Origin: Chiloscyllium plagiosum
Taxonomy: Eukaryota
NCBI RefSeq assembly: GCF_004010195.1
Contig: NC_057719.1
Coordinates: 60,728,158 to 60,792,157 of the forward strand
Direction: 5' to 3'
DNA: 64,000 bases
Positions 35,828 to 50,700 of this stretch are shown here, one piece after another (position 1 is the first letter of the stretch; the number at the start of each line of letters is the position of its first letter). The notes under the pieces were generated by a model. The model searched no databases. It was given only the letters and a program-made list of their open reading frames with translations, and was not told where the DNA came from. A program made the translations under genes and the position numbers.

Positions 35828-36768
35828 TGTTGTGGTTCTGTTCGCCGAGCTGGGAATTTGTGTTGCAGATGTTTCGTCCCCTGTCTAGGTGACATCCTCA
35901 GTGCTTGGGAGCCTCCTGTGAAGCGCTTCTGTGATGTTTCCTCCGGCATTTATACTGGTTTGTCTCTGCCGCTTCCGGTTGTCAGTTCCAGCTGTCCATT
36001 GCAGTGGTCGGTATATTGGGTCCAGGTCGATGTGCTTATTGATTGAATCTGTGGATGAGTGCCATGCCTCTAGGAATTCCCGGGCTGTTCTCTGTTTGGC
36101 TTGTCCTATAATAGTAGTGTTGTCCCAGTCGAACTCATGTTGCTTGAGCCCTGTTTTAAATCAGTTTGGAAATGCTCTTGATGTATGGTAGTGTGGCTAG
36201 TCCTTTGGGTTGCGGCATGTCCTTCTTCAGTTGTCTTTCCCTTAGGCATCTGTTGATGAAATTGCGCGGGTATCCGTTTTTGGCAAATACATTGTAGAGG
36301 TGTTCTTCTTCCTCTTTTTGCAGTTCTGGTGTACTGCAGTGTGTTGTGGCCCTTTTGAACAATGTCTTGATGCAACTTCTTTTGTGTGCGTTGGGGTGGT
36401 TGCTTTCGTAGTTCAGGACTTGGTCTGTGTGTGTGGCTTTCCTGTATACCTTTGTGGTGAATTCTCCGTTAGGTGTTCTCTGTACCATCAAGCCTAGGAA
36501 TGGGAGTTGGTTGTCCTTTTCTTCCTCTCTAGTGAATCGGATTCCTGTGAGTGTGGCGTTGATGATCCAGTGTGTGTTCTCTATTTCTGTGTTTTTAATG
36601 AAAAAAAAATTCAACCCAAACTCTGGGTCAGATATATGGATGACACCTTTGTAATCATTAAAAACACAGAAATAGAGAACACACACCGGATCATCAACGC
36701 CACACTCCAGGAATCCGATTCACGAGAGAGGAAGAAAAGGACATCCAACTCCCATTCCTAGACTTGAA
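35828..36768 (-). mobile_element. Penelope (Poseidon-like) element, internally deleted, with 5' inversion
   Basis: LPFL...TKVYRKATHTDQVLNYESNHP...NGYP...LPY; WVRYMDDTF on the inverted + segment; hammerhead-like CTGAGGA...GAAAC on - strand near 35865-35905. Confidence 0.9.
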
Positions 36769-37929
36769 TGGAGTTTTTTTTTTCTCTTAGTCTTGGTATC
36801 TGTAATTTCTTTGTTCATAATGTTTTGGTTTTATCTCTAAGGAATCTGCCATAATAACTTGTAATAAACTACCCTTTAAAGTTGTTTAGACCAAAGCTTA
36901 AGTTCTGGTCTGCTTTAACCTGAATCAATACAAATTAAAAGGAGGTTATATGAGTGTTATTAATCAATATGTTAGTGAGCACTTGATGGACATGCCATGC
37001 TAGTCATGATATATGGATATTGTTAACATTTCCTTGCATGTACCATCGCAATTTATAACTGATTTCATCACCATCTACAAGGCATATACAGAACAGATCT
37101 TATAAATTGCTGCAATGACAAAAAGCTCCAGCTGAGAATTTTCTTTTTTCTTCCAGTTCTGAAGGATCAGTAGACTCAAAACATTAACTCTGCTTTCTCT
37201 CCACAGATGTTGCCAAAACTGCTGAGTTTCTCCAGTAATTTCTGTTTTTGTTCAGATTTCCAGCATCCATAGTTTTTTTTGTTTTATTTTGTTTTAATTT
37301 GCTCTTTTTGTTGTGAGACAACCAGTCATCTTCCTGATCTTCTCCCTCTGACCATACAGCTCATACAAAGAGCTTACAATGTATCAGTACACACTAGCTT
37401 GTGTACTACAAATCCCATAGTGCAGTGCAAGAAGACACAAATACCCTGTTTGATTAGGTTGGTATAATAGTTATTCAAATTTATCATGCACCAGATTGTT
37501 AAACATTAAATCACACACAAACTGTCAATTTGAAATTAAACATCATAAAACTGAGAGTATCATTATTATCAATCCTGCTATGAAAAGATCATAAACACCA
37601 AAAGAAAGTTACAGCTCTATCAGCCAAACCAACAAGCAAGATGAACTATTTGCTTCATATGGTTTGTCCCATTATTTATCACAGCATTATGAGCAAAAGG
37701 CAGCAATAAAAAATTCCAATGAAGTTAATGAATGATCAGTTGTGATGGACAACATATATCTCTAGGGAGAAAGAATAAATAATTCTACTGTGTATCAATT
37801 AATATTCAACAAAGGCCTAATCAAAGTTATACATAATCATTTAATACTTAAAATTTATCTAATTTATTTGTTAAAATATTATGAACTATATGTATTATAT
37901 CGTATAAATCCCCTTTAATCAGTGGGCTT

Positions 37930-39305
37930 TGATTTTTTTATAGATATTTTTATTAGAAATTTAACATTTTTACAAGTTTACAAAAATAAACAAAACTCTC
38001 AAGTGCAAACATTGATATACAGTTAAATCTTAAATATATAATAACCAAAATTTAACAAAAGAAAAATACCGAGAAAGAAAAAAAACAAAACTCAACTAAC
38101 TCCTAATCTAACCTACAACTAACCAGAGTGTATATTTAAGTCTCTTACATTATTCAAATAAGAGAAAGAAAAAAAACAACCACAGATAACACAGAAATTG
38201 GGAAGTGAGATACATGCTCGGAATGTGTTAACATCAAATGTAACAAAACCTGTATTCGTGCGGGATTCCTCTCCCCAGGGGCCCCGGACCAGCTAGGTTC
38301 GTAATCTCAATTAAATAAAAGCCCTTGTTAGGATAGCCGAAATATCTGTATTCATATAATTCAAGAAGGGCTGCCATATTTTATAAAATAATTCGGTCTT
38401 TCGGTGCACGGTATTTGTAAGGAAGTCAAGGGGATTACATTTCATAATTAATCTGTGCCAATTTTAAAGTCCAGGGGGGCCCTCAGCCACCCAGTTTACC
38501 AAGATATTTTTCCTTGCACAGAAAGAGAGAATAGAAAATAGTCTCTTCCTGTGCATATCCAGGGAGGGAAAGTTCGAAAAGCCCAAAAGGAGAGATACGG
38601 GGTCCACTTTAATTTCCGTTCCTAAAATTTCTGTCAGGGAACTTGCTACTTTAGTCCAGTATCTACGGNNNNNNNNNNNNNNNNNNNNNNNNNNNNNNNN
38701 NNNNNNNNNNNNNNNNNNNNNNNNNNNNNNNNNNNNNNNNNNNNNNNNNNNNNNNNNNNNNNNNNNNNNNNNNNNNNNNNNNNNNNNNNNNNNNNNNNNN
38801 NNNNNNNNNNNNNNNNNNNNNNNNNNNNNNNNNNNNNNNNNNNNNNNNNNNNNNNNNNNNNNNNNNNNNNNNNNNNNNNNNNNNNNNNNNNNNNNNNNNN
38901 NNNNNNNNNNNNNNNNNNNCTACATTCTCTCTCTGATTTATAAAGACTATCTAATAACGTAGTCGCCTTCTGTATATAATATCGAATTTGGAAGTATCGA
39001 ATAATCCGAATTTCTGACGCAGCTGTTCAAAAGACATCAGGACCCCATCTTTAAAAAGGTCCCCTAGACATGAGATACCCCTCGATCTCCAGAGTTTAAA
39101 AGTGGCGTCTGTAAACCCCGGTTGGAATCCCCATGCTCCCACTATCGGCGCATAGGGGGATGTTTTATGTGAGTTGCCCTCATTTTGCCGCATTATATTC
39201 CAAGCTTTAATTGTGTTTAGTATTATAGGGTTTTTACAGTGATCCGTAATGATTTTCCTCTTGTCTGAAAATAAAAGATTAATAAGTGGGCATTTTACTT
39301 GAGAG
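37930..39305 (-). mobile_element. L1-clade LINE 3' fragment containing an N-gap
   Basis: FKLWRSRGISCLGDLF...SFEQL.QKFGL; F.KIWQPFL near 38360-38400; TTTATT and T-rich end near 37930-37955. Confidence 0.85.
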
Positions 39306-42138
39306 GATTTTGAATTTTAATCAAAACTAATTAAAACTGGATATTTATGGGCTCTGTACAAATTGCCCAACCTTTTGGCTTTTAGCCTTTCGTGTACTTT
39401 ATTACTGTTATTACTGCATTAAATACTGTTATTTCATAAAGGCATTCAGCTGTATAAGGAAACAGAGCAACCCGAATTTAACAAGTTTAAGAAAATATCT
39501 CTGATACTATTATCTTTCCATTATTCATATTATTATAAACAGTTGAAATTCATAATATTGCATAATGATCCAAATAATTGCTTAAGTAACAATAAACTAT
39601 TCATTTATTAAAACATATTTTTTCTTGATTTGTAACTGAAGTCCTAAAATTGTGAAAGTTCCAAATTTTCACAGCAATTTAATCCCATACTGGAATGCTG
39701 TGCCTTTCCATTCATCATTAAACATTGCATTTTGTTGTGGAAGTTTCATTAGATACATAATTAATACAGCAAATTAGAAGATTATGTACTATAATTGTTA
39801 ACTCACAACAGAGGAATTTGTTTTCAGAGCTTTGGTCATTAAAACATCTTGTATATTTTGTAGTTAATGTAATTTTGCAATGGCATTTCAAAATATGGTG
39901 ATAGACTAAGGATTGTCCAACATTAGCAATTAAAAAAGTAATAAAGTACTTTGCTACCAACATGTAATTATTTCATCAGAAAATCTGATCAAAATATGTA
40001 TAATTGAATAAGTATTGTCTAAAATTGCCAAAGTATTTGGAGTGAACAATTCAATTTGGTAGAAATTGTATGTCATAGTTGAGATAAAGGCACTACAGAC
40101 ACATGATGTATCACTTCAATTTATGGAAAGTTTTGATCAGAAACAGTAGATTATTCTTATGCCAAAAATATTTAGATTCACTTCTTGGAAAACTAAATAT
40201 TCCGTTTAACCCACGTTAATCTGCAACATCAAAAATTATTAGGCTCATTTTTAGGGATTAGGAGCAGGCAGAAAGTTGAGAGGTATCTCATGTGTGAAAA
40301 GGTAGCAGGTTTTCCAACACTCTACATCTCTCTGTTTTATCTATAGACCATTTGTTGCTAATTATCAATCAATGGGAGGTGATGATGTGACTTCAGGGGT
40401 TATCAGGGGCTCAGCCAGGCTACACTGAGAAGCCAATTCTAGGTCATTCTAAAGTTCTGTAAAGATTTCCAAAGAGGTACTCAGAATGAAGAGTTCCTTT
40501 CATTTAAGACATGTTGAAAATATTATCTTCATTCTCTGAGCTGATAAAGGTCATTGGTTCTGCAATAGAAACATGGTGCTGCCTTGATTTTTCATCATAC
40601 ACCCCAGGCAGGCATCTTGGTGTAATTGCACAGTCATTTCCAAAATATTTAAATTATTCCAACACTGGGTCAGTATCCACAACCTCACCAATGGATGACC
40701 AGGTTTGATGCTCTGTCACAATTTCAGGCAAAAAGGTGGAGGCTACAGAATTTCAGGACCTTTTTTTTCCCCATTTTTAGCACTCTACTTAGTTTTAAAA
40801 TTGTGTCCAATCATCAGGTGAAATGTAATACAACCAGATACATGCCTCAAAAAAACCTTCCCTGAGAAAATTAATAGATTACTGAAGCTCAGATTCCAGC
40901 ATTTCTAACAGTTTTGGTAGCAATTACCACCAACTAAGGCATCTCCATATGATATGATTAGTTGCATCTGTATAATTTTGTGCTTTAATGAGGATATCTC
41001 ATGGAGCCATGACAGAGGTAGGACATTAAACGCTGTGAGAAAGACAATACAGAACCATTGAGGAAGGTGAAGATGTATAAACTCTTTGAAACATCTCTGT
41101 CCCTTAGAAGGCAAACTCATTGTACAGCTTTTTATCTGACAATCCCTGTTCACCTAAACCAAAATCATACCTCCCAGTCCTTCTACTTGCCAATGAAGTG
41201 TATTTATCCAATGACAAACATTTGTAGTATATCAACTAAATTTACAGCTACACCAGATACTCCCTGAAGATAAAGATTTTCATGACTACCTTGTAATTTC
41301 AAATTCAGTTTGATCTGAATTTTGAAATGATTCTCAGCCACAAAATGTTGCTGATTTCCTGTTGACATCAATACTTGTACTTCCAAATAAATCTGTTGGA
41401 CTATAACCTGGTGTTGTGTGATTTTTAATATCATTACACAAGTATAGCATCCATGACTTGGCTGCCTAACATTTTACCCCATAAGTGCAAATCACAGCAC
41501 AACATGCTGTGAATTTAGTTTTACAAATTTGGTGATATCTTGAGTTAATTTCAGCAAAATCATATATAAACTGATGAACGGGCAGAATCTCAGTAGAATT
41601 CATTAAAGCAACTTGCCACACATAACAGATGCAAATAACCATGACTCTAATCCACTGCAGTATGTTGGCAATGAAATCTCAGTCTTTGAAAGTATTGCAT
41701 GTTTGTCTCATGTCTTCCACCGGACAAGTCTTGAGGGTGAAGAGGATTAATGCTGCCACTGTGACACATGCCATCGGCACCAACCTATCAATCCTTTCAG
41801 TCTCACATTCACCTCTCATTGACTTTATACATGCTCAGCTAATCAGCTCCGATAGTCATATTACCCAAGCACATTGAAACATAATCATCCTTATACTGTC
41901 TTCTCTCTTGAGACCAAAATAGAACAGAACAAAGGGAAACTTGGCAGGTGACAAGCTCTTTAGAGGAGATGGTTGTTTGCATCCTGGAGCCTATGGCATG
42001 TGATTGATTGTGGCATTGAGGATCTTCCTGTTTAGTATCACTTCTCAACTCCAAATGCATCCTATGTAGTATAAGCCCTAGCAAAGTTAGAGTCAACAGG
42101 AATCCAGGAAAAGCTCTCCACTAGTTGGAGTCATACAT

Positions 42139-42468
42139 GATTAGATTAGATTAGATTAGATTAGATTACTTTACAGTGTGGAAACAGGCCCTTCGGCCCA
42201 ACAAGTCCACACCAACCCGCCGAAGCGTAACCCACCCATACCCCTACATTTACCCCTTACCTAACACTACGGGCAATTTAGCATGGCCAATTCACCTGAC
42301 CTGCACATCTTTGGACTGTGGGAGGAAACCGGAGCACCCGGAGGAAACCCACGCAGACACGGGGAGAACGTGCAAACTCCACACAGTCAGTCGCCTGAGG
42401 CGGGAATTGAACCCGGGTCTCTGGCGCTGCGAGGCAGCAGTGCTAACCACTGTGCCACCGTGCCGCCC
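42139..42468 (-). mobile_element. HE1-type tRNA-derived SINE, young and full length
   Basis: GGGCGGCACGGTGGCACAGTGGTTAGC head with A/B boxes (GGTTCAATTCCC); (TCTAA)n tail. Confidence 0.92.
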
Positions 42469-43834
42469 ACAAATGCTGCCACATGGCACATAGGAAGATG
42501 GATATCCTGTGCACACACATCATCTGATGCACAACTATGATCAATCAAGTCCAGTTTTTCACTATACACAAGGAAATTTTATTCAGGACTCCCACAATCA
42601 TATTTTTCCTGAACTGTGTTATTTTTACTTTAAGCGCACACAAACAATTGCAGATCTGGGGGTTCATGTCTACGTCTGTATGTGAACATATCAATGAAGG
42701 TAAACTGTTCCTTTACTCATGATAATGTTGATTAATGCTTTTACTCTGCTGCCCGACAAGAACATGCACAATGTCAACACAGGGGGCAACAAACCCAAAT
42801 GTCCTCACCAAATGCATGATACAGGCTGCCGGGCTGCTTGCTTTCAATCTACCTCTCTCAAAGAGTCCTTATCTTCTTGAAAAGGGGAACCTCAATATGT
42901 GGAAAAGAATACATTGCCTCTTCAAACAGCGCTGGCAGATTTAGACCTTCAGCTCAAATGTCTAAAGCTCACAAGCCACGGATGATTTGACCATTCTACG
43001 AACAAAAATTAGATCTATTTGAAGGAAGCTACCTCTGTGAAACTAAATGTGCAAACCATAACCTCCCACCCCGTGCTCCACTGGTGAAAATGGTGGGCAC
43101 CCGTTTCAGGGACAGTATCTCCAGAATTGGAACTCGGACATCATTTTGGACATGCTGGAAACCTCTTCTATTGGAGACTGCAGCCTTAACAGTTTTGGGA
43201 CAAGTATGAATTCTGAATGACATAGTCAAGACTGACTGAATCTACATGTATGAAAACAAATAGGAGGCATATTAACTCCATTGTTGTAATTTAGTATATT
43301 AACACGATAAGACAATTATGAGTAATTCAACTGTAACAAGTGAATACCAACTGTGCCAACTTCAAGGTTCTTGAAGGTAGAAAGTTGGTTCAAACATTAA
43401 TAAAATGTGTCTTCTGAGAGGCCAAAGGAAAGCAGACATTTTTGCAAACGTGAGTCCTAACTTTATGCTCAAGATGACACAAGGATATAATTATCATCAT
43501 GTTTTGGGATTCTATGGTTATTTTCTCCAAAGAAAGGATCTGTAGATGAGCTACATTTATGTTACATGTCTTGAAGTTGTAATGCTCTCCATAGATACTA
43601 ATAAATTCTAAAAAGAATTGACTAAAAGCGTTATTGACTAAACACTATGGCCAAGATTTAGTGCTCTATTAAGTAAGTGGGCAGGCATTTTCGGAGACAG
43701 CTTACTGCATGCCAGTGAGAAAACTCACCACATAAAACTTCAATCAGAAGATCTTATTGGTAACCTTTTTGATGGATCATGAGCTTCACTATTGAAGTCC
43801 CACCCTGCAAGAAGCTGACAGACAATCAAGGCTA

Positions 43835-46270
43835 GAAAGGAGGACCTGTTTGAGAAGTATCAAGCACTAGAAAAGAAATTGAAGAACAGGTCCTCGAGGA
43901 TCATAATCTCTGGATTACTACATGAGCCGCGTGCTAATTGGCAGTGGGATAAGAAAACTAGTGAAGTAAACACATGGCTAAGAGATTGGTGTGGGAAAGA
44001 GGGATTCCATTTCATGGGACATTGGCATCAGTTTTGGAACTGGGGCGATCTGTACCGATGGGATGGTCTCCACCTGAACCGATCTGGCAAAAGGATAAAT
44101 ACGGTGGTCACTAGGACTTTAAACTTGTGAGTCGGGAAGAAGGGAAAGGGAAAGCAACAGGGAGTGTGGAATCAAGTAGAAAGATAAGCAGCATGTTTGC
44201 ATGTATGCAGGATTTAAGTTCAAGGCAGAGTAGGAATGAAGCAAAAAGGAAGGATAACTTAGGACTTATTACTAGAGATATTGGAAATCATGAGGATAAG
44301 AAAATTAGCATGAAGGTGCTTTACTTGAATGCTTGTAGTATTCATTACAAAGTATATGAATTAACAGCACAGATTGTTGTGAATGATTCTGATGTGGTAG
44401 GCATCACAGAGAGTTGGTTGCAGGACTGACAGTTAAACATTCAAGGATTTACAACTTATTGAAAAGACAGGGAAGTGGGCAGGGTTGCCTTGTTAGTTAA
44501 GAATGAAATTAAATCTATGGCACTGAATGACATAGGGTCAGATGATGTGGAGTCTGTGTGGGTGGAGTTGAGGAACCACAAAGGCAAAAATAAACATAAT
44601 GGGAGTTAGGTACAGACCTCCCAGCAGTGGTCAGGACCAGGGCTGCAAGATGTACCAGGAAATAGTTAGGGCATGTCAGAAAGGCAAGGTCATGGTGATC
44701 ATGGGGGACTTCAATATGCAAATGGACTGGGTGAATAATGTTGCCGGTGGATCCAAAGAAAGGGAATACATGGAATGCTTACATAATGGCTTTTTGGAAC
44801 ACTTGTGATGGAGCACACAAGGGAGCAAGCTATTCTGGATTTAGTGCTATGTAATGAGCCAGACTTTAAAAAAAACCTTAAAGTAAGGGAATACTTAGGA
44901 GGCAGCAATCATAATATGGTAGAGTTCAATCTGCAGTTTGAAAGAGAGAAGGTAAAATCAGATGTAATGGTGTTATAGTTAAACAAAGGTAATTACAGGG
45001 GCATGAGAGAGGAACTGACAAAAATTGACTGGAAGCAGAACCTAATGGATAAGACAGTTGAGCAACAATGGCAGGAGTTTCTGGGTGTAATTGAGGACAC
45101 AGTACAGAGGTTCATCCCAAAGAAAAGAAAGATTATCCGGGGATGTGGATTAGACAGCCATGGCTGACAAAGGAAGTCAGGAAACGCACCAAAGAAAAAG
45201 ACAGAGCCTATAAAGTGGCCAAGAGCACTGGGAAATCAGAAGATTAGGAAGACTACAAAAACAAACAGAGGATAACAAAGAGAGAAATAAGGAAGGAGAG
45301 GATCAAATATGAAGGTAAGCTAGCCAGTAATATTAGAAATGATAGTAAAAGTTTATTTCAACACATAAGAAACAAACGAGAGGCAAAAGTAGAAATTGGG
45401 GCTGCTCCTAATTGATGAAGGAAGGCTAGTGATAGGAGATAAGGAAATAGCTGAAGAACTTAACAAGTACTTTGTGTCAGGCTTCACAGTGGAGGACATG
45501 AGTAATACCCCAACAATTAAGGAGAGTCAGGGGAGAGTTGAGTTTGGTAGCCATTACAAAAGATAAAGTGCTAGAAAAGCTAAAAGGTCTGAAAATTGAT
45601 AAATCTCCTGGCCCTGATGGGTTACATCCTAGAGTTCTGAGGGAGGTCGCTGAGGAAATAGCGGAGGCATTGGTTGTAATCTTTCAAAAATTACTGGAGT
45701 TAGGTAAAGTCCAAGATGATTGGAAAATCACTGCTGTAACCCTCTTGTTAAAAGATGGAAAATTATAGGCCGATTAGCCTAACCTCTAAAATTCTAGAAT
45801 CCATTGTAAAGGATGACATTTCTAAATTCTTGGAAGTGCAGGGTAGGATTAGAACAAGTCAGCATGGATTTAGAAAGAGGAGGTCGTGCCTGATAAACCT
45901 GTTTGAATTCTTTGAAGAGGTAACAAGTAGGTTAGACCAGGGAAACTCAGTGGATGTTATCTATCTAGACTTCCAAAAGGCCTTTCATAAGGTGCCTCAC
46001 GGGAGGCTGCTGAGTAAGGTGAGGGCCCATGGTTTCGAGGTGAGCTACTGGCATAGATTGAGAATTGGCGTTTGACAGAAGGCAGAGTTGGGATAAAAGG
46101 TTCTTTTTCAAAATGGCAGCTAGTGACAAGTGGTGTCCCACAGGGTTCGGTGTTTTGGGTGCAGAGAGTGCATGTAAGTAGAGTTGAAATGACCATCAGC
46201 CATGATTAAATGGCAGAGTGGACTCGATGCGCCAAATGGCTTTACTTCCACTCCGATGCCTTATAGCCTT
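43835..46270 (+). mobile_element. CR1 LINE (ORF1 esterase end, APE, RT to PQGSVL, then a deletion to the 3' tail)
   Basis: DGLHLN; YLNA.SI, VGITESWL, YRPP, MGDFN; KSPGPDGLHPRVL; YLDFQKAF. Confidence 0.9.
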
Positions 46271-46384
46271 AAATGCTGGCCAATTTTGCATTCTAGAGAT
46301 TATTGCTAAAAGATTTAGAGGCTTAAACAGTGAGAAAGTAAGTGCTTTTCTTTGAATCTCAAGAGGCAAGGGAGAAAGACTTAG

Positions 46385-47697
46385 GGCCCCAGCTGTGCCT
46401 GCCTCTTTGTAGGATATGTGGAACAGTCCATCTTCCACAGCTACACTGGCACCACCCCCCACCTTTTCCTCTGCTACATCAATGACTGTATCGGCACTGC
46501 CTCGTGCTCCCACGAGGAGGTTGAACAGTTCATCCATTTTACTAACACCTTCCACCCCGACCTCAAATTTACCTGGACCGTCTCAGACTCCTCCCACCCT
46601 TCCTAGACCTCTCCATTTCTATCTCGGGCGACCGAATCAACACGGACATTTACTATAAACCGACTCCCACAGCTACCTAGACTACACGTCCTCCCACCCT
46701 ACCCCCTGTAAAAACGCAATCCCATATTCCCAGTTCCTTCGTCTCCGCCGTATCTGCTCCCAGGAAGACCAGTTCCAATACCGAACAACCCAGATGGCCT
46801 CTTTCTTCAAAGACCGCAATTTCCCCCCAGACGTGGTCGACGATGCTCTCCANNNNNNNNNNNNNNNNNNNNNNNNNNNNNNNNNNNNNNNNNNNNNNNN
46901 NNNNNNNNNNNNNNNNNNNNNNNNNNNNNNNNNNNNNNNNNNNNNNNNNNNNNNNNNNNNNNNNNNNNNNNNNNNNNNNNNNNNNNNNNNNNNNNNNNNN
47001 NNNNNNNNNNNNNNNNNNNNNNNNNNNNNNNNNNNNNNNNNNNNNNNNNNNNNNNNNNNNNNNNNNNNNNNNNNNNNNNNNNNNNNNNNNNNNNNNNNNN
47101 NNNNNNNNNNNNNNNNNNNNNNNNNNNNNNNNNNNNNNNNNNNNNNNNNNNNNNNNNNNNNNNNNNNNNNNNNNNNNNNNNNNNNNNNNNNNNNNNNNNN
47201 NNNNNNNNNNNNNNNNNNNNNNNNCACTTCAACTCCCCCTCCCACTCCACCAAGGACATGCAGGTCCTTGGAATCCTCCATCGCCAGACCATAGCAACAC
47301 GACGGCTGGAGGAAGAGCACCTTATCTTCCGCCTAGGAACCCTCCAACCACAAGGGATGAACTCAGACTTCTCCAGTTTCCTCATTTCCCCTCCCCTCAC
47401 CTTGTCTCAGATCCAACCCTCAAACTCAGCGCCACCTTCCTAACCTGCAATCTTCTTCCTGACCTCTCCGCTCCCACCCCCACTCCGGCCTAACCTTATC
47501 ACGCTCACCTTAACCTCCTTCCACCTATTGTATTTCCATCGCCCCTCCCCCAAGTCCCTCCTCCCTGCCTTTTATCTTAGCCTGCTTGGCACACTTTCCT
47601 CATTCCTGAAGAAGGGCTCAGGCCCGAAACGTTGATTCTCCTGCTCCTTGGATGCTGCCTGACCTGCTGCGCTTTTCCAGCAGCACATTTTCAGCTC
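46385..47697 (+). mobile_element. Penelope-like element (RT, N-gap, GIY-YIG end, pLTR with hammerhead)
   Basis: PHLFLCYINDCIG; EEEHLIFRLGTLQPQGMN; CCTGAAGAAGGGCTCAGGCCCGAAACG near 47605-47632. Confidence 0.9.
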
Positions 47698-50429
47698 AGA
47701 AGGACTTAGGAGGCAGGACAGTAGGTGGAATTCAGTAGCAATCCCCTTTTAATGAATGAGTCTGGGTTAGTGAATGACTGAATGATTGGATAAGTGGGTG
47801 AATGAGTGAATAGGTGATCAGATAGGTCGGTGAGATGGTTACATGAGTAAATTAGTTAGTTGGATGAGATGAGCATGTGGATGAGGTGGGTATGTGGATT
47901 ATTGTTAAAGCGAACCGTAATCGGGTGAGGTAATTTGTCGTGTCTGATCACAGGGGCTGACTGGGGAGCTAGCTGTGATGCTCAGTTAAGTGACACAGCT
48001 GTTGGATCAGGTATTAAGCCTTTAGAAATTTCTTGGGGAAGTATCTAGACAAGTCCCTTGTATCTTGCCAAAGTTTGCACCCTGTACTGGAGGTCAGAGA
48101 CATTTAAGGAAGGTCCTAGGCTGCAAGAAATGTCCCATTAAAAGTTTAAATGTCCTGGGCAACTTCCTTGAATGTCTAACATCAGGAATTCCATTGGGTT
48201 ACAATGCCTATTTCTGAACATACCTTCCATCTTCAATGATTCGGAGAAGGGAAGATTTGTGTCATTATTTCTAAAATCTAAAATAAAGACAAAACATATG
48301 AGAAATAGGCAAGAGAACATGTAGCATCTGTGGATAAAGAAATAATTAATGTTTCAGATAGCTAGCTTTTTTCTAGAACTTTGCCTCTGGTTTCCTACAC
48401 ATATCTACACTTTTACCATTGGAATGACCTAAACATGAAAGACAAGGAGACTGCCTGGAGTCCACTACTGCAAGGTGAGGGGTAGAAAGCTTATTCATAG
48501 ACCATCTGCCAAATTAGTTATTGGTTAGAAGTTCAAGATAGCTAATCTCAGTGCTCAGAGGTTACTAAAAGAAAATAACTCTTGTTCAAGGCCTGTTGAT
48601 GCCAAGTATGGTCCTGTCAATTGTGAGCAGAAGCTTGCTAGTCTAAGCTTGAGGTCAGTAACAACCAAACTTTTGATCAATATAAAGTACTCCATTAACT
48701 TGAGTCAGTGTGACATGGTTTATTGTTTATTTTTCATAAATATATGATTTAAGGTAAGTAATTATGAATTGATTATAAATGTCATTCTGCACTGATATTG
48801 ATGCATTGAAGCATTTGCAGTTTGCTAACTGAAAAATAGTGGAAGTCAAAGTGAGGACACATTTAAACAAAATATAGCACAACCCTGAATGTATTATATA
48901 TAAATGATAAACTGGTCCTCTTCAGTTAATCAAAGTGGGTTCAAAAAAAAAACTGGAGCCAGTTTTGCTCACTGTCAGATTCAACCCAGGTGTGGTTTAA
49001 AAGAGACTACCAATTTGTTATGAGCATATGTTGTGGGACTGGCAATGAACTGATACATCACAAAAATCCACTTAAGGGAAAGACCTGCACTCAAACACAG
49101 GCTGAAAATGTGTAACACACACACACACAAAACCTATTTCGTATATGTGAAGCAGAATTGTTCTTCCAGATCACATACTGAGTTCTGTATTTTTCTTTCA
49201 ACTTAAAATTCCTTCTTATTACAATTCAAATGTAACGGTATGGCAGGATCTCTCGCTGTTGATGGCAACGATGAAGGAGGATGCCAAGCAGGGTAGCTGA
49301 AGAATTTGAATGATCCTCTTGAATGGAAAAGGTTTCATCTGGAGAACAAGGTCTCTTTAGGTGAAAGATCAGATACACAAAGGATCTCCTCAACTAGATA
49401 TAGACATGGGCTTAATTTCATAGAGATACTGCACATATTTATTATTAAATGACCTGTTAACAGTTCAACTTGCTACAAGTTGTCATTTTACCAAATGTGC
49501 CATATAAAATAGCTTTCAGTAGAACTGGATATGGTGGGTTCAACTCACCTCTTGCTCCAAAAGGCCTCCCTTTAGATACTGGGTACCATCATCTTCAGTG
49601 TACTTCATGGATATTGTCCATACACATTGCACGCCCACAGACGTTGACATCTGATGTGAGCTACTGTCTATAAAACTTATGGCACATCATACAGGATGCT
49701 TCTCCACTTGTAATGCAGCAGCAAGACATTTGCACTGAGGAACATGCACTCAGCTCAAGGACTGGCCAGGTTGTATCTCTGAGTTCTTTCATCACTATCA
49801 GTGCTCACTCACTCTGAGTGTCCCTGGATATTTGCAGCATCCCCATCTTGCCATGCCTTACTCCCTCAGCCAGAGATACTTGGCTCATATAACCACTGTC
49901 TTGCCATGCTATTTAACACATACACAAAGCCAGGAAGCTTGCCATGGTTGTCAGGAGGTTTCAGTCCAGTCATGGGGAATAGCTTTCATTCAGGGGATCG
50001 CGGCCATATACATCAAGGTAATCTGCGATATCAGTCGAGATCCTGCTTGGGGCAGTCAGATCCAGGTCATAACAGGTGAGGCAGCACACTAACTGTTGAC
50101 TTTTTCTATTCTATTTCAAGCTGTTTTGCTCCTGTAATGATAATTAGGCAAGTATTACAGAAGATGAAAGTGGGTAGCACAGCTATTACTATTGATGCAG
50201 TTAGGAGCTTTCCCAAGTGAGTGAGTTGGCAGCAGAATGGGTGGGCACAATTACTGGTGTCACAGTTTGGGGTGGGGGAGGGTAAGTGGGGAAGATTGTT
50301 GCATGCATTAATGAGTGTGGTAAAGCATGAGAGTTGGTGGGAGATGGGTGCATTAGAAGAGAGAGAGAGAGTGTGCGAGCTATTGGCAAGATGATGGCAC
50401 TTGGACTGGCAAAGTGGAGAAATACATTG

Positions 50430-50700
50430 ACTTGAATGACCAGAAGGAGATTGACAGATATTTGGCATTTCTCCTGATGGCTGAGACCGCTTAAACACAG
50501 GCAGCTATCTTGGCTAAAGCTGGCATGGTCTGATGTTATGGATTCCATTTATTGTTATGGGGGAAAAAAGAAAATACTGCCAATACATCACACCAGTCAG
50601 CAGGTTCTCCAGGACTATGCCCCCACAGCAGAACAAGAATTTTCCCCAACTACCATTTTCAGGACAAATATCAGGAACTATGTAAGGCCGATCCAGACTG
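50430..50700 (-). pseudogene. Possible Harbinger Myb/SANT remnant
   Basis: KIAACV*AVSAIRRN...VNLL, resembling the W..IA..V.A.S...R..QC helix; heavily decayed. Confidence 0.3.

Noticed and set aside
41204..41434. ENLYLQG, resembling a TEV protease site
   Set aside because: Chance match in a short ORF that begins in a PLE tail fragment; no vector or viral context
42139..42468. tRNA gene or the overlapping 74-105 aa ORFs
   Set aside because: SINE head and body; no complete cloverleaf; the ORFs recur in other HE1 copies and are spurious
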